Source: Balanoglossus misakiensis | Taxonomy: Eukaryota > Animalia > Hemichordata | Direction of reading: 5' to 3' | Length of the DNA stretch: 64,000 nt | NCBI GenBank assembly: GCA_040954595.2 | Contig: CM082587.2 | Coordinates: forward strand, 4,730,093 to 4,794,092 | Part shown: one piece after another, positions 13,144 through 24,257 of the stretch | Position numbering within the stretch: position 1 is the stretch's first letter | Layout: every line of letters starts with the position of its first letter | Position numbers and translations under genes: made by a program | Notes under the pieces: generated by a model | What the model was told of the DNA's origin: nothing | Database searches by the model: none | Seen by the model: only the letters and a program-made list of their open reading frames with translations

Positions 13144-14249
13144 AAAAGAGTGTGATGTGTAATCAAAAACGTCTTTGTATGGTAAACCACGGGTAAACCT
13201 TTCTGATCTGAAGCTCTCAAAACTTATCGGCCGACTGAGGGCGCGAACACGTGCTGATTACGCCTGTGCGGGTGTTCTACTATACATGTATATACATGTA
13301 TTGCGCAAGTCAATAATAATATACATGTACTAATTTACTCTGTTGGTTTTACGACTAATTAAAGTTCCACTGTTTGCATTATAATTTGCTAAATAATGTT
13401 TGCATTATAAATATATATATTTAAAAGAACGCGACGCGTTCATTTGGTCCTAGGCCTAGCTTGCCAGTCGACAGCGCTGTGCCAGGCCTCGCTCCAGGGT
13501 CAATCTATTCATGGTCTATTCTATTCGTAAAAAGTGAATGACCTGTTTATCCATTCCGACTTTCCTGCTTGCATATTCATGAGATGCACCACCATGGTAT
13601 AATCAATAGGGCAGAAAAAATTTCCGTCGTTTTTTTCAAGGGGGGGGGGGGGCGGAGAAACAGAAGCGGCGACCAATTAAAAACTATTTCTTGTCTGACC
13701 TCTCAAATTCCGTAGCAGCACCATTACACCATGGACGTCCGAACTATTGCTATATACCAAACACAAAATAAGGTTTCTGTTGATTTACTGGAAATGAAAA
13801 AAATGCCATGGTTCAAGTACGAACACGTACAGAAATATGAATACGTTTTAAGTGACCTTTTCACCCAGGAAATCAAAATTGAAAGAACTAGAAGCGATAC
13901 TTTTGTTCTCTTTCTGGCATGGTGCTTTTAATATACATATTACATATACACTGTACGATATTATAATATTACGTGAGTATTATTTTAACGTGACGCCCAG
14001 GCAGCATTGAATCGTGACTTCGACTAATAAATATGCATGGTTTACTGGACGCCAGACATGCGCACCGCCGAGCGAGTATGCGTAGACGATGGGGATTTTT
14101 CTAGCACATTCTTTTGAATGTGGGTTTTTTCCATAACACATCCGATGTAATAAAACTAGGTCATGTAGCCTAGGTTAGGCTTTAATACTGCCGTGCTATT
14201 CTGATCAGTCAGTGTCGCGTTGCGCAGTTGAAAACAGAGTCAGGGAACG

Positions 14250-17055
14250 ATGGCCGCGTCAACACAGAGATCGGAGTTTCATGAGTTCTTTCGCGGGTCT
14301 GAAATGGCCGGCTCCTACAAGAGGTTCCGTCCATCGTATCCACCAGACATCGCCAAGAAAATCACCAATTTCGTGCAGAAAACTGTAAGTTTTGCTCGTA
14401 GATTGTCTCGCTGCAATACCAGCATATCGACCAATCTGTTTAAAATCAGATGTAGGGAACGGCGACTTGTTTTTTTTATGCTGTCGCCTCACACTACGAC
14501 AGCATAAAAAAAACAAGTCGCCGTTCCCTACATCTGATTTTAATCAGATTGCATATCGACGTGCCCACGTAGGCATACTCCGTAGCACATGCGCAGAAGT
14601 TTAAATACCGTGACCCCGCATTGCGACCTCTTTTTACAACTGAATGTACACTTTTATTTTTTCAAAGTCAATCATGACCAACTTCTGAGTAAGTTATGAG
14701 ATTTATACATGTAGAAACAAAGGAAGTTCGAGCTTACACTTGAAGTTGACCTCTTTTTTAGTGCACGTCATTTGTATATGCAAATCGTTTGTTTTTTGTG
14801 CGTGTTTGCGATGCTCCGAATGGCTTCGTTTTATGATTATGGAAACATGCAGCGATCTTAGCCACTGAGCTTCTACGCCAGAATGGCCAAAACGCCGGGA
14901 CACGCGAAAACGTTCACGCAATGTCATTCACATGCAGTCATGTCGTCACGAGCAAATATGTTCCAAAAATGTTCAACGGGTTATTAATAAAGGGAAATAC
15001 ACGTACTTTCCCCCCTCGCAGCCAGGGCCACTGAAATTTGCTGTCGACGTGGGATGCGGCTCGGGACAGAGTACAATCATCTTGGCCGAACACGTGGACC
15101 GAGTTCTGGGCGTGGACATCAGCTCCGACCAGATAGAACACGCGAAGAAGTCAAACACCAATAAAAATGTCGATTTCAAGTAAGTTGACTAGCGCTACGT
15201 TGGCTGGGCGTGGTTACTATCACATTCCATATAGCCGTACATGTAAAATGTCAGAGAAAACAGCATTACGATATTGTCATTTTCTTGAATTTTTCACAAA
15301 AGTTGGTGTACTTGGACTTAGCTTGGCAGTTTCACTTTGAACCACACACACAACCCGGCTCTCCGAAAATGCACCGAATCTCGCTGCGTTTCACTGGTTT
15401 GGTTGGGTGCATCTACCTCTAAGCTATTACTCGTCGGTCATTCGCTGGTACGTTCGACCTTCATCATTGACTTTCATTGGTGTATTGGTGATGATCTTTG
15501 ACAGGGTTGGTAGCTGCGGCGACATCCCGGTGGAATCGGGCAGCGTGGATCTGATCACAGTCGGCACGGCCATTCACTGGTTCGACCTTCAGAAGTTCTT
15601 CCCGGAAGTGGACCGCATTCTTCGGCCCGGCGGCTGCCTGGCCATATACTCTTACCAGGAGACCGAGGTGGAACATGACGAACACGAGAAGGGCGAGAAA
15701 ATCAACCAGATGATTAAAGAGGTATAGACAACTTTTTATATATATTTTTCAGTGTTTTTATTGGGTGTGCATAGTCATTTATAATATACATCCATGATGA
15801 TTATCATATTCTTTTTTGACAAAGCAGGAATATATGCTTACAATTTTTATTACTATTTTTCGTTCGTTAGGTCGAAGGTGACATCATGCCAAACAACCGG
15901 CCGGACCAGTGGTCGGTGTCGTGGGACGTCATCAAGAGTAAATTCCGTGACCTTGAACTTCCGTACAAGGACAGCGAAAAGTAAGCTTGACTATGATGTT
16001 TGCTCACACGGGGTTTCTGGCGCGGTGATTTTGAAGCGAAGTGGTCGTACCAAAATGAACCACCCGACGCGTGACCGGTTCCCTACAGAAATTGTCGATT
16101 CGGTTTCACGTTCACTTTCAGTGGGAGTTCTCCAGCCTAGTCCAATTCAAATTATTCCACAGTTACGTAATCCGTCTGAGCATGCAGGGACACGCTTTTC
16201 AAATGCTCGTGGCGATATGTTTGACATTTATATTGAAATAAATCGACGTCGAAAGCGTTATTGTCATTCAAAGAGTCAACATGTACATCCGGCGAAGCTC
16301 TTTCACGTGGTCCTGAGAATATCAAGTATATACATACACAAACACTCGGGAAGTCTTGACTGTGGTCTCTCGCATTGCACGTTGAAACTCGCATACATCA
16401 CGTCATTGCGACGAGCATGTTGAAGCTTGTATTGCAGGGCTTATTGTCTGTTTGCATGTGTGCCCGGCGAGAGGTTCACTGCACAACGCCCCGATGGTGG
16501 CTTCTGCAGTGTGCTGAACGGTTGAGGTTGCGTCAGTGTCAGAGCCTTGTAGCGAACCATGGGCTGTGAGAGAGTCATTCTATAAAAGTTTTTTTCTTTC
16601 TTTCAGGGGTGCAATGTTTTCTATTAAAAATGTTACCACAGTGTCTGACCTGATTGGTCTGATGAAATCTTATTCAGAAAGTAAAGAATTCATCAAACGC
16701 TACCCCGCCAAGGAGGGCGTGTTTGACGAACTGGGAAACCGGTAAGATTTGTTAGTAATTTTCCAAGTACAATAACGCAAAAATTAACATGAATATAGTA
16801 TGCGCTTCGGAACAGATTGTCAGAAAACGGAAAGTCCACCAAATCCAATATTTTCTTTTCATCCAGTCTTGACTGTCCAATATCTCTCCGTTTTGCATCT
16901 TTACAACAACAACAAAACCAACCCCCTTTTTTCTTGTCTTTCCCCACAGCATAATGTCCGTCTTGGATGGCACGGGCTCTCCTGCGACAACAGACATTAA
17001 ATTTGTCTTGCCTGTTTTCATGGCCCTGGCCCGGAAACCCGTCGGCGAAGAGTAG
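14250..17055 (+). CDS. Class I SAM-dependent methyltransferase (Methyltransf_11, DDB_G0268948-like); exons ~14250-14384, 15022-15179, 15505-15721, 15871-15979, 16607-16741, 16950-17055
   Basis: YKRFRPSYP, motif I AVDVGCGSGQST, VLGVDIS, SVDLITVGTAIHWFD, RILRPGGCLAIYSY, C-terminal MALARKP; junctions keep frame. Confidence 0.92.
14432..14551. mobile_element. 120-bp foldback MITE in methyltransferase intron 1
   Basis: Near-perfect ~55-bp inverted arms CAATCTG...CAGATTG around a 10-nt loop; 9-bp direct repeat CATATCGAC at 14423-14431 and 14552-14560. Confidence 0.88.
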
Positions 17056-18094
17056 ACATTACCGGTGGCGTGTTTGAGATTTTTTTCCCATGGAATCCAT
17101 GGAACTATTGTTGGGATATATGCATGCATACTAATCAAGATGGTGGGGGACGTGCCTGGGCAGTATTTACAGTTTTCTACGTGGGGGAGAATATCGATCT
17201 TTTGTCATTGACTGAGCAAATTAAAATGACAAAAACAGCGACCGGGAGCGAAGCACGTGCATCACGTGTATATGGAACTGTTCATAATCTGCCGTTGATG
17301 CGGTAGGTCTTGGTTCGAATCCTGTAAATACGAGTTGATTTTAAAAACGATCAGAATGAATAAAGTGTTTTATATTTCAGTATGCGAATGTCGGTGCAAT
17401 CGTGGATTAATATGAGTGGTAGGTTTTATGACGTGCGCACATGTGCATATTTTTTCCTCCCAACTGTTGTTTGATGGCCTATAAGTTTGTGTCCTCTCAA
17501 AATAGGACAACCGAAGTGGCAATTGAAAAAGACTTTATGCTGGTACTGTCAGGGGATATGCGCATGTGTTGTTATTAATAACGTGCCTCCGAACATTTCA
17601 AATATGTATTAAATTTAAACAGTCGTTTGCACTTTATGGATCTCTGATAAAAGATGGCGGCAGTACAGTGCCAGTGGTCAGCTAATTTTATTGGTAGCAA
17701 TTTAAATAGGTTTTCACTTTGTGCTAGGGGATCAATTCACATTATAATAATTGCATTCTGGGTAAAGGGACGACAATTCACTGTAATAAGAAATATGTTG
17801 ACTGTATTTCATGACTTCCTTCGGTCATTTTTTACTTTGTAGTAAGCATACTAAACTCGTGCAACTTTTTTTCTTACACTTTGTTATTTTTTCTGTTAAA
17901 AAAGTTTCAGAATGACTGAATATCATTTTTGCTTATGAACTTCCGTTTCTTAAACATGGCAAAGGTCAGCCATCTTGAAAGTACGTCGACCATATGAGAT
18001 TTTCACCATTCACCTAGGTAGACAAAAACCTATTTCAGGTAGCGAGAATTATGATTAGGCTTTTCTGCTGCTGCTTCTCCTCGTCAGTCATCGT

Positions 18095-18228
18095 CTGACG
18101 TTCGTTTTCAACGACGAGCTTGTGGACCCAGTCGCGCAACTTGCGGGCCGTCTCGAATTTCATCAGTACCGTGACCACGTCTTTCACTAAAAGGCGCTGC
18201 AGACTTCGCGACGATCACCTCTCTCTCG
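18095..18228 (-). pseudogene. Degenerate fragment of a fibrinogen-related gene first exon
   Basis: Minus strand reads ...ERGDRREVCSAF* then ETARKLRDWVHKLVVENER, similar to EGDHCPEVCDAV...DTVGELREWVHNLGGENER of paralog 2; contains a stop and no ATG or signal peptide. Confidence 0.65.
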
Positions 18229-18245
18229 TATCATACATCGCATTC

Positions 18246-20783
18246 TTATTTCCAGGTGGGTCTTATCTTGATTTCTGTTCGCTTCATAGAATACTGCATG
18301 TCCAGCCAGTCGTACCACACGATACCCCGACCCCAAGCGCTGTGGGCGCCGGCGAGGTAGCGCCCGTTCAGGTTGGACAGACTGCAGCCGTTGAACCACC
18401 AGGCGCCGGTGAAACGCACGGCACAGTTGTGGTTGAACGAGTTGTCGTTGTCGTGGTCTTTGGTGGTGAATTGTTGACCGTCGTTAAATCTCAGTGAATT
18501 GCCTGTAATGATCAGTGAAAATACATGTTTAATGCTGGGACAAAGATGGTAGATATAAAACGTAATACAAACATTGGATCATTTGGTTCAATATCCACGT
18601 GCAACAGAAAAGCGCTTGCTTCAGAATCTAATCCTGCCTCCTATTCAATGTTCTTGCTTTATTGAACAAACCTGCATCTCCGCTATAGGACCCCAGTGTC
18701 AGCCTGTATTTGTCGCCCTCATCGCCGATGGCAAAAGTATCGTACTTGGCGTATCTCGTTTCATTTTCAAAGTTATCCAAGTCCACCCTGAGTTCGTAAC
18801 GGCGTTCCTGATTGGTCAGGCGATGGATCTTGTCGTTGCCCAGCCAAAACTCTCCGTTCAGATCTCCAAATCCGTTCTTGTAGTCATCCCAAGATCGATA
18901 GAAATCTTCAGACCCGTCCTGTCTTCTCTGCAGAACCTAGGTGCACGGGGCAAATACGTCGAACGTATCATTATGGAGAAATACCAGTGGTGGTAATGTC
19001 ATATCCGAAAACTGTTAAAACTACCCGGCATGCATTTTATTGCACAGTGCACAAATTCTCCTTAGGCTTTGGATAAGGCGTAAATTCCGCCCATTGTCTA
19101 TAAATCATATCTTACTATGGTCGAGAAACGACCATCTCTTAGACACGGAGCGATATGAACAGCATCAGCGCTTGGACATCATCTTACCGTCCAACCTCCC
19201 GAATCGGTCTCCATGTCGCAATAGACTTGGAACGGTTTGCCTTCGTCATCCGGGTGAACTTGGTACACTCCACTCCACTGTACGTCATAGCAATCCTTCA
19301 AGTTCTCGTAAACAGATCCTGCGCGGAGATTGATGTTTTTATCATTACAGTGGCAAACAGAATGACAAATTACAGGAAAAATGCAATCGGATGTGAGATG
19401 ATTATCAAATGATTTATCAAAAGGCGTACAAGTGATATTTGAAGACTCGGCCGCAATTAAGTTTGCTGGTTCTTTTAATTACTATATTTTCTAGAATTGA
19501 ACAATTAAGAATAAACATTTACCGGTCGCCTTACCTACAGTTGTTGTTGAAGCCCTGGTCGAGCTCCCCGTCGGACTAACTGTGCGCGCGGTTTTTGTCA
19601 TTTCTATATCGGCATCCTTAACATTTGCTGTAGGCCTAACAGAATTCAAATCTTCAATGCATTTTTCGTGTAATTTCTGAAGCTCGGCCATCTGCCCACC
19701 GATCTCCGACATTTGATCTTGAAGATGACGCATCTCGGCTCGAAATTCTTCGACATTCTGTAGTTCTTGCCTAAGGTTTCCTTGGGTTTCGTTCAATTCT
19801 GCAATTAATCGATAGTACCGGTCTCAGTGCAGAAAATGATAATTATGTAAATTTGATTTTCCTCCGTTGTAAAGTTGAGAAAGACAAGCGAAGGTCTGTT
19901 GTGTCAAACAAGACAACGTTGTTGTGTCCTCAATGGAAGGTCATCATTCAAGTTCATGACTTAATCGTGTCCTCTCCTACAAATACAATGCATGATAGTG
20001 ACCGTGTTTCGCGTCATTCAAAGCCATGTACGGCATATTTCAGGGACTCGCAGCGCATTTATTCTTACCGTTCATACAGCTATCAATGTCACTCCGATAC
20101 TCCAACGTCTGGTTTGTCAATGCGCTCACCGTGTTACGGAGTCTTTCTATCTCCGACTGGTGTCTTTCGTTCATCGTTTGAGCTCTGGACTCTTCTCGTC
20201 GGAGGCGTTCTTCCAGTATTTGATTCCTGATCTGCAGTTTCTTGGCTGTTACGTTGTACTGTATTTCCATCTCAGCGGCCCGTGTGTAATACTGCGCTAT
20301 TCTGCTCTTCAGGCGTTCGTTCTCCCCGCCCAGGTTGTGGACCCACTCCCGCAGTTCGCCGACTGTGTCGTCGGGCACGCAGACCTCGGCCACGGCATCA
20401 CAGACCTCGGGGCAGTGGTCGCCCTCCTTCGGTCTCCGCTGCGAGAACACGTACGTGCAGCTGTCCCCTTGCTTGAACGTAGTCAGCTGGGTTTCCCGGT
20501 TGCTGCAGCGGGAGAGCTTGGTCCGCAGCCGCCGCACAAGCTCGTTCACCGCGTCGTCCTCCGAGCACAGGCGCGCGTAGATCGCGCACAGTTCCCGGCA
20601 CTCCTCGCCCGGGTCGTGCGTGATCAGCAGCGTGTGCACACACCTGTCCCCTTGTCTCAATACGCCATGTTGGCTCTCGAGCTTGGCCGATGTCAACGGC
20701 GTACACACAGCCAACACCAGGCAAACAACGAACCAGCGACAACAAATCAAATTCCGTGCGCAAGACGATTCCCCAGTCTTCAT
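18246..20783 (-). CDS. Secreted fibrinogen-related (angiopoietin-like) protein, paralog 2; five exons
   Basis: Same exon layout as paralog 1; GDRCVHTLLI and GDSCTYVFSQ motifs, coiled coil, VYCDMETDSGGWT, GAWWFNGCSLSNLNG, ends EIKIRPTWK* at 18246. Confidence 0.92.
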
Positions 20784-20954
20784 TCCAACAGGTGTCTGTT
20801 GTCAGACGTTCCACGTTCGACCTTCATGAATCTGCCAGCACCAGCGAGCCCCGGTGTCGATACGAACAGTGATCGGGGAGGTTATATTTGATGTGTACGC
20901 TTATTTACACCTTCTTTAAGTACCCAATCCAATAAAACCAATTATCGCCCAATC

Positions 20955-20972
20955 AGTGACGCATAAGGTCAT
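20955..20972. promoter_or_regulatory. Upstream element shared with fibrinogen-related paralog 1
   Basis: AGTGACGCATAAGGTCAT, 172 bp upstream of the ATG; surrounding DNA otherwise poorly alignable by eye. Confidence 0.55.
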
Positions 20973-23900
20973 CAACTATGTAAAAGAGATACAGCTCTCG
21001 TTACGTCGAAGCTGTTGCTAGGGAATCGGTTGCTGCAGGGTCTATGGGTTGAACTGAATGAAGACATTATTGATGCATACGTTCTGTTCTAAGACTTTTT
21101 CAGTTTCCCATTTATCTCGGCTAGACAGGGAAACTCATCAGGCGAAGAATTTATGCTCAGTAAACAGTCGTGTATAGTACACGACTAGTACGAGTTCTTA
21201 CCTCCAAAATACATTTTCAGCTAGTATTCTTTATTTTACGTTTCGTGGTGCCGTTATGGAAAAATAGGTATAAGTAATTAACTAAGCCGTCACACAGACA
21301 CCAAAATAATGTACATCCGACAAAGAGGGCGTTTTCCATGAGAACTGGTTTGAAAGGAGGCTGTAAAATCAACAGTGGAACTGTGTGTCAGATTTGTTTG
21401 GCGTCGTAACAAGCAAACAGCTGACCTTTGATCCCGAGGTTCGTGTCCTGACTTGCACCTGAAAGAAAAATACAATATCTTCATTGACGGTAAATCCGCC
21501 ACTCTATTGTGCCACTAACGACATTTACGGCAACGTCCCAGGCGCTTTGTTACGGCCAAGCAAACGAGATCATCGCATTTCTACATCTGCTTTTAGTCGT
21601 CAATTAATAATGAGCTCCAAGAAGCAATTTCTCCGTAGCTTTACAAAGATATCAGTGTACATTGGGAGTGGAATGTAAAAGTAGGCAGAAAATAGATGTT
21701 CTACATTTTTACATTCTTACACAAACATTTATTAGAGATTTTGAGATTTCGAGTATCGGAAGGTAGCGTCCGAGTTCTTGCACTTCGGGTAGTTTTAATA
21801 CGATAAACACAAATTGAAATGCCCCCGCACCCTGAGGCCGAACGAGAACAATTGTTTCTCTTTGCGGGTTTTGGCTGGCTGCCAGCGTTAATAAGAATGC
21901 ACACTCATGCAGTTCGCCAGCCGCGCCAATCACCGTGTCTTTCTAACTAAATTAGTAAATCGCGAATTTGCAAATTTCCTCTTGGATAATTGAATATCTC
22001 GACTCCCCTTGAAAAGTCGATGGGAATGGTAGTTGATGGGGGCGGCGTTGCTACGTTACACGTGCGCGTCAGTTGAGTGTGTGGTGATTTTTATTCTCTC
22101 GGTATCGCGGAGTGGAATGCACTGACTTTAGATTGCAAAGCCCGAGAAGTGACATATCTGTGTGTATCGATGCAGGCTGACACAAATGAATACCTTGCAG
22201 CGGGGCACGCAATCAGATTGGAAGACCTAGGCACCGAGCCAAGTTTTTTTTTGCCTGCTGGTCATTGCATTTACGAGATTTGATTGGAAACAAAAGAGCT
22301 GGCTGGGCTCTGTCTTCGGGGCGGAAAGCGAAGCCTGCATTGAACTCTGCAAGCAGGCGGAGGCGACCAGTCGTCGGATTCTGAACACGGGGAGACGCAG
22401 CCGTGTGCAGCGTGGTACACTTGTATCGTTCAAGTCTGTTTGCGAGCGCCCGCCGTGAGATTTCACTGGCTGGGAGACTGTGGCGTTGTTTGCGACTTGC
22501 CACAGGCCACCCCTGGATACAAAAGATTTTAATTGTAAATAGAGAGAGACGGGCTTTCAAAGGTAAATAGACACTGGCCGTAAACAAGCGTACGGACATT
22601 TTTAAAAGCGCGTCCCCCCACAAAGTGGGCTGGTCTCGTGGTTGCGAGGGACGCCATCTCCAGCGGTCGACGTAATCGGCGACGCAGTTGTGAACAGGAA
22701 ATTCCTACCTTGGGAATTATTTTTCTGGGCTTGCTTTCTTGAGATTTCCGCCTTACAGGTAGGTTGAAGTCTTCTTTGTTTCGTCATATTAGCCTGATCG
22801 AGTTCCATTTTAGAGTGGTCGTGGTACACATGTAATCACACGTATAACCTACTTTCGGCTTACTATAAGACTGAGGGGGAAACTAATCATCGGTGGTCAC
22901 CTGAGCACGGTGGCATTTTAAGACGCGCAGCCTATCGCCCTTAACCTGATTCAGATAATTACGAATCTCGCGACAGATATCTCCGGAAAGTTTTTTTTTA
23001 AATATTAAATATGCGTGTCTTCGGATGTGCTAATTTTCTTGTACGTATTAAACATCTATCGCGTAACTTGAAACTACCTGTGTACAAGGGCGGTCTATCA
23101 ATAACCTTAATGTAACTTAAAACACACTCTGTAACATGCGTACAACAATTAAAGGGTCTAATAGGGCACGCTTGTTTGCATAACAGTGGGAGTATAACGG
23201 TTTGGTGCGTGCTTGATCGCCCAGTCTGTTCAGAAGACAATTCAACATTTCTATGTAACCCATTTTTGTGTGAGATCCGTAGTACAAGTAGCAAAGGGGT
23301 CTCAGGTATGACCCGTGCGTGCTGCACACCTCATTGGCTCAGCACTGGAGAGGCACGTATTGGACATTACACATGACCTTTGAAACGCTGGCCCCAACAA
23401 CTCATTGTGATTGGTCAACAATGCTATTGTTGACACGTGCATCAGTGCGGATTCTGTTTTAACCTCGGTATATTGACCTTTGGTGTCGCGAGGGGCTTTA
23501 AATCATTTCTGTGTGAGCCTGCGCAGTTCCTTTTAAATTATACGTATGGTACACGGCCTCCTTCAGTGGCCGGAGACTGGCCTTGCAAACGTGCTGGGTT
23601 GACCATTAGATCACGAATATGGCTGTGCCCAACAACAGAGACAGCAGGAACGTTACTATTTTACTCCACTGAGTAAATTCCATCCGTAATGACAGAAAAC
23701 GGTTAGCGGATATTGTAGATCGTTCAGATTAATCGTGTTGATTTAATTTTTATTCTTCGTGTCAACGCAAACACTCTGTGTAATGTAGAACGGCGAACTA
23801 AATTAATCGGTCGAGTAGTCAACTGATAGTGCTGGGGAATATGAAGTGTGGTCAGGAAAATGAACACAATTTGTTCGACAATAAGCCAAGATAAGAAAAG

Positions 23901-24257
23901 GAATCTCCAGAGAGGGGACACGGACAGACGGACATACAGACAGCCATGAATGAATGCATGCATGCAGACAGACAGACAGACAAATTCTCGACGTTAATCT
24001 GATCAACAGTGGCATTTCCTGGTTATCAATCACTCACCTGCCACACGATTGATCAATTAATCGATTATTTAAATACATGACCACATAGTACGGAATACAC
24101 ACATAATGAATACAAAAGACGAGCGCAAATTTATCGACCACGTGACCACCTGTTGATTCTGTGGGTATTTGTATCATGATAAAATCACGCATTTACCTTA
24201 AATTTTTAATATAGAATATAATTTTCTACTTTTTTGTTCTAGTTATAACCATCAACC

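Noticed and set aside
13595-13759. Imperfect inverted repeat TGGTATAATCAATAG / CTATTGCTATATACCA
   Set aside because: Short, gapped and no target-site duplication
17312-17322. B-box GGTTCGAATCC suggesting a tRNA
   Set aside because: No A-box or cloverleaf; at most a SINE remnant
21090-21185. Hammerhead-like core on the minus strand (CTGATGA-GTTTCCC...GGGAAAC-T-GAAA)
   Set aside because: Extra U before GAAA, stem I cannot form and stem III is poor
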